Origin: an uncultured Flavobacteriales bacterium | GTDB taxonomy: Bacteria > Bacteroidota > Bacteroidia > Flavobacteriales_D > Parvicellaceae | DNA: 49,049 bases | Direction of reading: 5' to 3' | NCBI GenBank assembly: GCA_938084875.1 | Contig: CALKFX010000041.1 | Span: 1 to 49,049, forward strand | Shown: piece by piece, positions 46,641 through 49,049 of the stretch | Layout of the letters: the number at the start of each line of letters is the position of its first letter | How positions within the stretch are numbered: the first letter of the stretch is position 1 | Program-made: the position numbers and the translations under genes | The notes under the pieces: generated by a model | The model's input: the letters and a program-made list of their open reading frames with translations, nothing else | Database searches by the model: none | What the model was told of the DNA's origin: nothing

Positions 46641-48115
46641 TATGACTTATTTAAATATTTATCAATTTCTATAGCTGCAATTTGGCCTGAGATAATACTA
46701 GGTGGGACACCAGGTCCTGGAACAGTTAGTTGTCCAGTGTAATAAAGATTTTTTATTTTTTTATTTCTCATTCTTGGCTTAAGAATAGCAGTTTGCCTTA
46801 AAGTATTAGCTAATCCGTATGCATTTCCCTTAAAAGAATTATAATCTTTTTCAAAATCATTAACACAATAGGATTTTTTAAATATTATATTTTTTTCAAT
46901 ATCATTTCCCGTTAGGTCTTTCAGTCTTTTTAATACAATATCAAAATACTTTTCTCTCATTTCATTAGTGTCTTCCAATCCTGGGGCTAGAGGAATTAAA
47001 AACATTAAATTTTCGTTTCCTGTAGGAGCTAAGGATGGGTCAGTAATCGATGGACAAGATAAATAAAAAAGTGGATTTTTAGGCCATTTTGGATTATCAT
47101 AAATTTCTTTAGCATGTTGATCAAAGTCTGCATCAAAAAACAAGTTGTGATGTTGTAAATTATTTAACCTCTTATCTACCCCAACGTAGAAAAGTAAACT
47201 TGATGGAGACATTTCTCTCTTTTCCCAATATTCAGTACTATAATTTCTAAAAGGTTTTTCAAGTAATTTTTGTTCAACGTGGTGGTAATCTGCAGATGCA
47301 ATAACTCCGTCAAAAAATAATTTTTCTCCATTAACAACAATGTTTTCTATATTACCATTGACAATGTTGAGCCTATCTACGTTAGAATCACAATTAATTA
47401 TTACTCCTTTTTCCTTAGCTAATTTGGAAAGTCCTATAATAATTTCATGAAAACCACCCATAGGATAATATGTTCCTTGGGAAAAGGCTGAGTAATTCAT
47501 TAGAGAATAAAGTGCAGGTGTATTTTGCGGAGTAGCTCCCAAAAAGAGAACAGGGAATTCCATTAATCTTGTTAGTCTGCTATCTGAGAAGTATTTTTTA
47601 ACATAAGATCTGAAATTAGAAAATACATCTAGATAAAGAACCCCAATCAGAACTTTTAAATTAATAAATTCAAATATTGAATGGGAGGGCTTGTATACCA
47701 AACTGTCCATTCCAATTTTATATTTTATTGCTGCTTTTTTTAAAAACTTCTTGAGTCTAGAGCCACTGCCCTTTTCAATGTTTTCAAATAAATCAACAAG
47801 TTCTTCAAAAGATGCAGGAACATCGATAGAATAATCTTTTCCATAGACAACTGAAAAACCAGGATCTAACTTTAATAAATTATAATAGTCCCCCACTTTT
47901 TTACCATGTCTTGCAAAAAACTTATCGAAAACATCTGGCATCCAATACCAACTCGGGCCCATATCAAAGGTAAATCCATTAGTTTCAAACTTTCTTGCTC
48001 GACCACCGGGAGTACTATTTTTTTCAAAAATAGTTACTTGATAGCCAAGTGAAGCAAGTTCGATTGCAGAAGTTAGGCCTGCAAATCCAGAACCGATTAC
48101 AGCAATTTTTTTCAA
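46640..48115 (-). CDS. crtI: Phytoene desaturase
   Basis: FAD fold IAVIGSGFAGLTSAIELA...FEKNSTPGGRA and a C-terminal GQLTVPGPGVP. The TTG start overlaps the regulator stop (TTGA). Confidence 0.9.
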   Translation of the reverse strand: MKKIAVIGSGFAGLTSAIELASLGYQVTIFEKNSTPGGRARKFETNGFTFDMGPSWYWMPDVFDKFFARHGKKVGDYYNLLKLDPGFSVVYGKDYSIDVPASFEELVDLFENIEKGSGSRLKKFLKKAAIKYKIGMDSLVYKPSHSIFEFINLKVLIGVLYLDVFSNFRSYVKKYFSDSRLTRLMEFPVLFLGATPQNTPALYSLMNYSAFSQGTYYPMGGFHEIIIGLSKLAKEKGVIINCDSNVDRLNIVNGNIENIVVNGEKLFFDGVIASADYHHVEQKLLEKPFRNYSTEYWEKREMSPSSLLFYVGVDKRLNNLQHHNLFFDADFDQHAKEIYDNPKWPKNPLFYLSCPSITDPSLAPTGNENLMFLIPLAPGLEDTNEMREKYFDIVLKRLKDLTGNDIEKNIIFKKSYCVNDFEKDYNSFKGNAYGLANTLRQTAILKPRMRNKKIKNLYYTGQLTVPGPGVPPSIISGQIAAIEIDKYLNKS

Positions 48116-48990
48116 TTAAGAGAAGAGTTGCTAAAGAATCTATCAAATTCATCTAGCTTATAGAAAACTTTTCCGTGAGTATTGACAAGTCTTAACAAAT
48201 CAGGATTTCCAGCAAAAAATAGTTTAGTGTTAGAATGATTGTGAAGGTCGTCACAAAACTTTTGCAAAAGAGTAACTTTCTGACCAACAATGAATGTAGT
48301 AAATAAAATATCAGGTTTTATTTTTTCAATACATTGTAAAATACTTTCAAATGAAATAGTTTTTCCAACATTTACAATATCAAAACCATTTTCCTTAAGA
48401 ATCATATGAGAATAAAGCAATGCAAAATCGTGATCTTCCCACGGAGGTAAAAATAAATATGCTTTTTTATTTTTTCTCACTGGATTATCCACTGCCTCTA
48501 TAGCATGATAAAACTTTTGCTTAATAAGATTCGACAAAAAATGTTCCTGAGCAGGAAATAATTCTCCTGATGACCATAAAGCACCGATTCTTCTAAGAGT
48601 TGGTATAAAAACATTCTCATAAACAAAAGATAAGTTGTAATCCTTTCTAAGAGATTCATAAGTTCTATTAAAAAGAGGTTCATCAAATTGAAGTGAGCAA
48701 ATTACAAAATTATTGATTTGCGCTTCGAAAGATGCAGAATTTGAAGTCAACGAAATTACCTTGCTAGATAATTCTTCCAAAGACAAAGAAGCAATTTTAC
48801 TGATTTTTAATCCATTATTAATCAGAAAAGATATATTCAATATTTTTTTTAGTTGGTCGTCGTTATAAGCTCTGATGTTTGTGTCAGATCTTTCAGGACT
48901 TACTATGTTATATCGTTTTTCCCATATTCGAATAGTATGAGATTTGATACCTGATAATTTTTCTAAATCTGCAATTGAATAAGTCTGCAT
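48112..48990 (-). CDS. MerR-family regulator with a C-terminal cobalamin-binding domain (CarH/LitR-like light-responsive repressor)
   Basis: MerR HTH YSIADLEKLSGIKSHTIRIWEKRY...RAYNDDQL. The Wx9EH motif reads W139-SSGELFPAQ-E149-H150. The B12 lower-ligand-type motif is EDH187DFA, followed by a Rossmann-like GFDIVNVG. It lies directly upstream of crtI. Confidence 0.8.
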   Translation of the reverse strand: MQTYSIADLEKLSGIKSHTIRIWEKRYNIVSPERSDTNIRAYNDDQLKKILNISFLINNGLKISKIASLSLEELSSKVISLTSNSASFEAQINNFVICSLQFDEPLFNRTYESLRKDYNLSFVYENVFIPTLRRIGALWSSGELFPAQEHFLSNLIKQKFYHAIEAVDNPVRKNKKAYLFLPPWEDHDFALLYSHMILKENGFDIVNVGKTISFESILQCIEKIKPDILFTTFIVGQKVTLLQKFCDDLHNHSNTKLFFAGNPDLLRLVNTHGKVFYKLDEFDRFFSNSSLN

Positions 48991-49049
48991 TTGTTTAATT
49001 TTTGGCTAAATTACTTAAACATTATTAATTAAACAAGAGGTTTGAAGAT

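Noticed and set aside
44122-48990. Carotenoid cluster as a novel pathway
   Set aside because: MerR-crtI-crtB-crtZ plus crtY is the standard flavobacterial zeaxanthin gene set. Only the regulator's B12-photoreceptor signature seemed worth flagging.
1-49049. Scan of all spacers for tRNA, rRNA, CRISPR repeats, IS or integrase genes, and defence or toxin-antitoxin genes
   Set aside because: The only spacers longer than 60 nt are about 999-1229, 8166-8258, 12005-12103, 17483-17601, 20367-20431, 37139-37356, 43991-44121 and 45268-45357. They are A/T-rich and show no cloverleaf-compatible or repeat-spacer structure. No ORF shows transposase, recombinase, nuclease or defence-type motifs.

Overview
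AT-rich, very gene-dense chromosomal segment that reads as a streamlined marine Flavobacteriia/Bacteroidota genome. Supporting gene content includes an S46 peptidase, an FtsL-like protein, FtsI with a C-terminal PASTA domain, and a MerR-crtIBZ-crtY zeaxanthin cluster. It is mostly core housekeeping. (1) 1-21 kb holds a partial 2-oxoacid dehydrogenase E1, rsmD-coaD, pyrE, birA, rsfS-ftsH-cdsA-psd, a 3-hydroxyacyl-CoA dehydrogenase, a NamZ-like DUF1343 protein, a LolC/E-type permease, an aminotransferase and an S46 dipeptidyl-peptidase. (2) 20.4-37.1 kb is a 16-gene, almost gapless minus-strand dcw operon: mraZ-rsmH-ftsL-ftsI-murE-mraY-murD-X-ftsW-murG-murC-ftsQ-ftsA-ftsZ-yqeY-OMT. (3) 37.3-44 kb holds an O-acyl/N-acyltransferase pair resembling a split OlsF/GlsAB aminolipid synthase, engB, a glycosyltransferase, two tandem thioredoxin-fold lipoproteins behind an orphan histidine kinase, and arsC. 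(4) 44.1-49 kb holds crtY, crtZ, crtB and crtI plus a CarH-like (MerR + B12-binding) regulator. I saw no tRNA, rRNA, CRISPR array, transposase/integrase or recognisable defence genes. The most unusual item is gene X (28806..29303). It is an intact 165-aa protein homologous only to the C-terminal domain of the adjacent MurD and is translationally coupled to ftsW. Secondary items: a full-length glycosyltransferase frame with no canonical start codon behind an A10 tract, which the ORF track truncates; candidate MraZ boxes; a Wx9EH B12-photoreceptor signature in the carotenoid regulator; and extreme operon compaction. All functional calls rest on motif recognition by eye. No database search was run.
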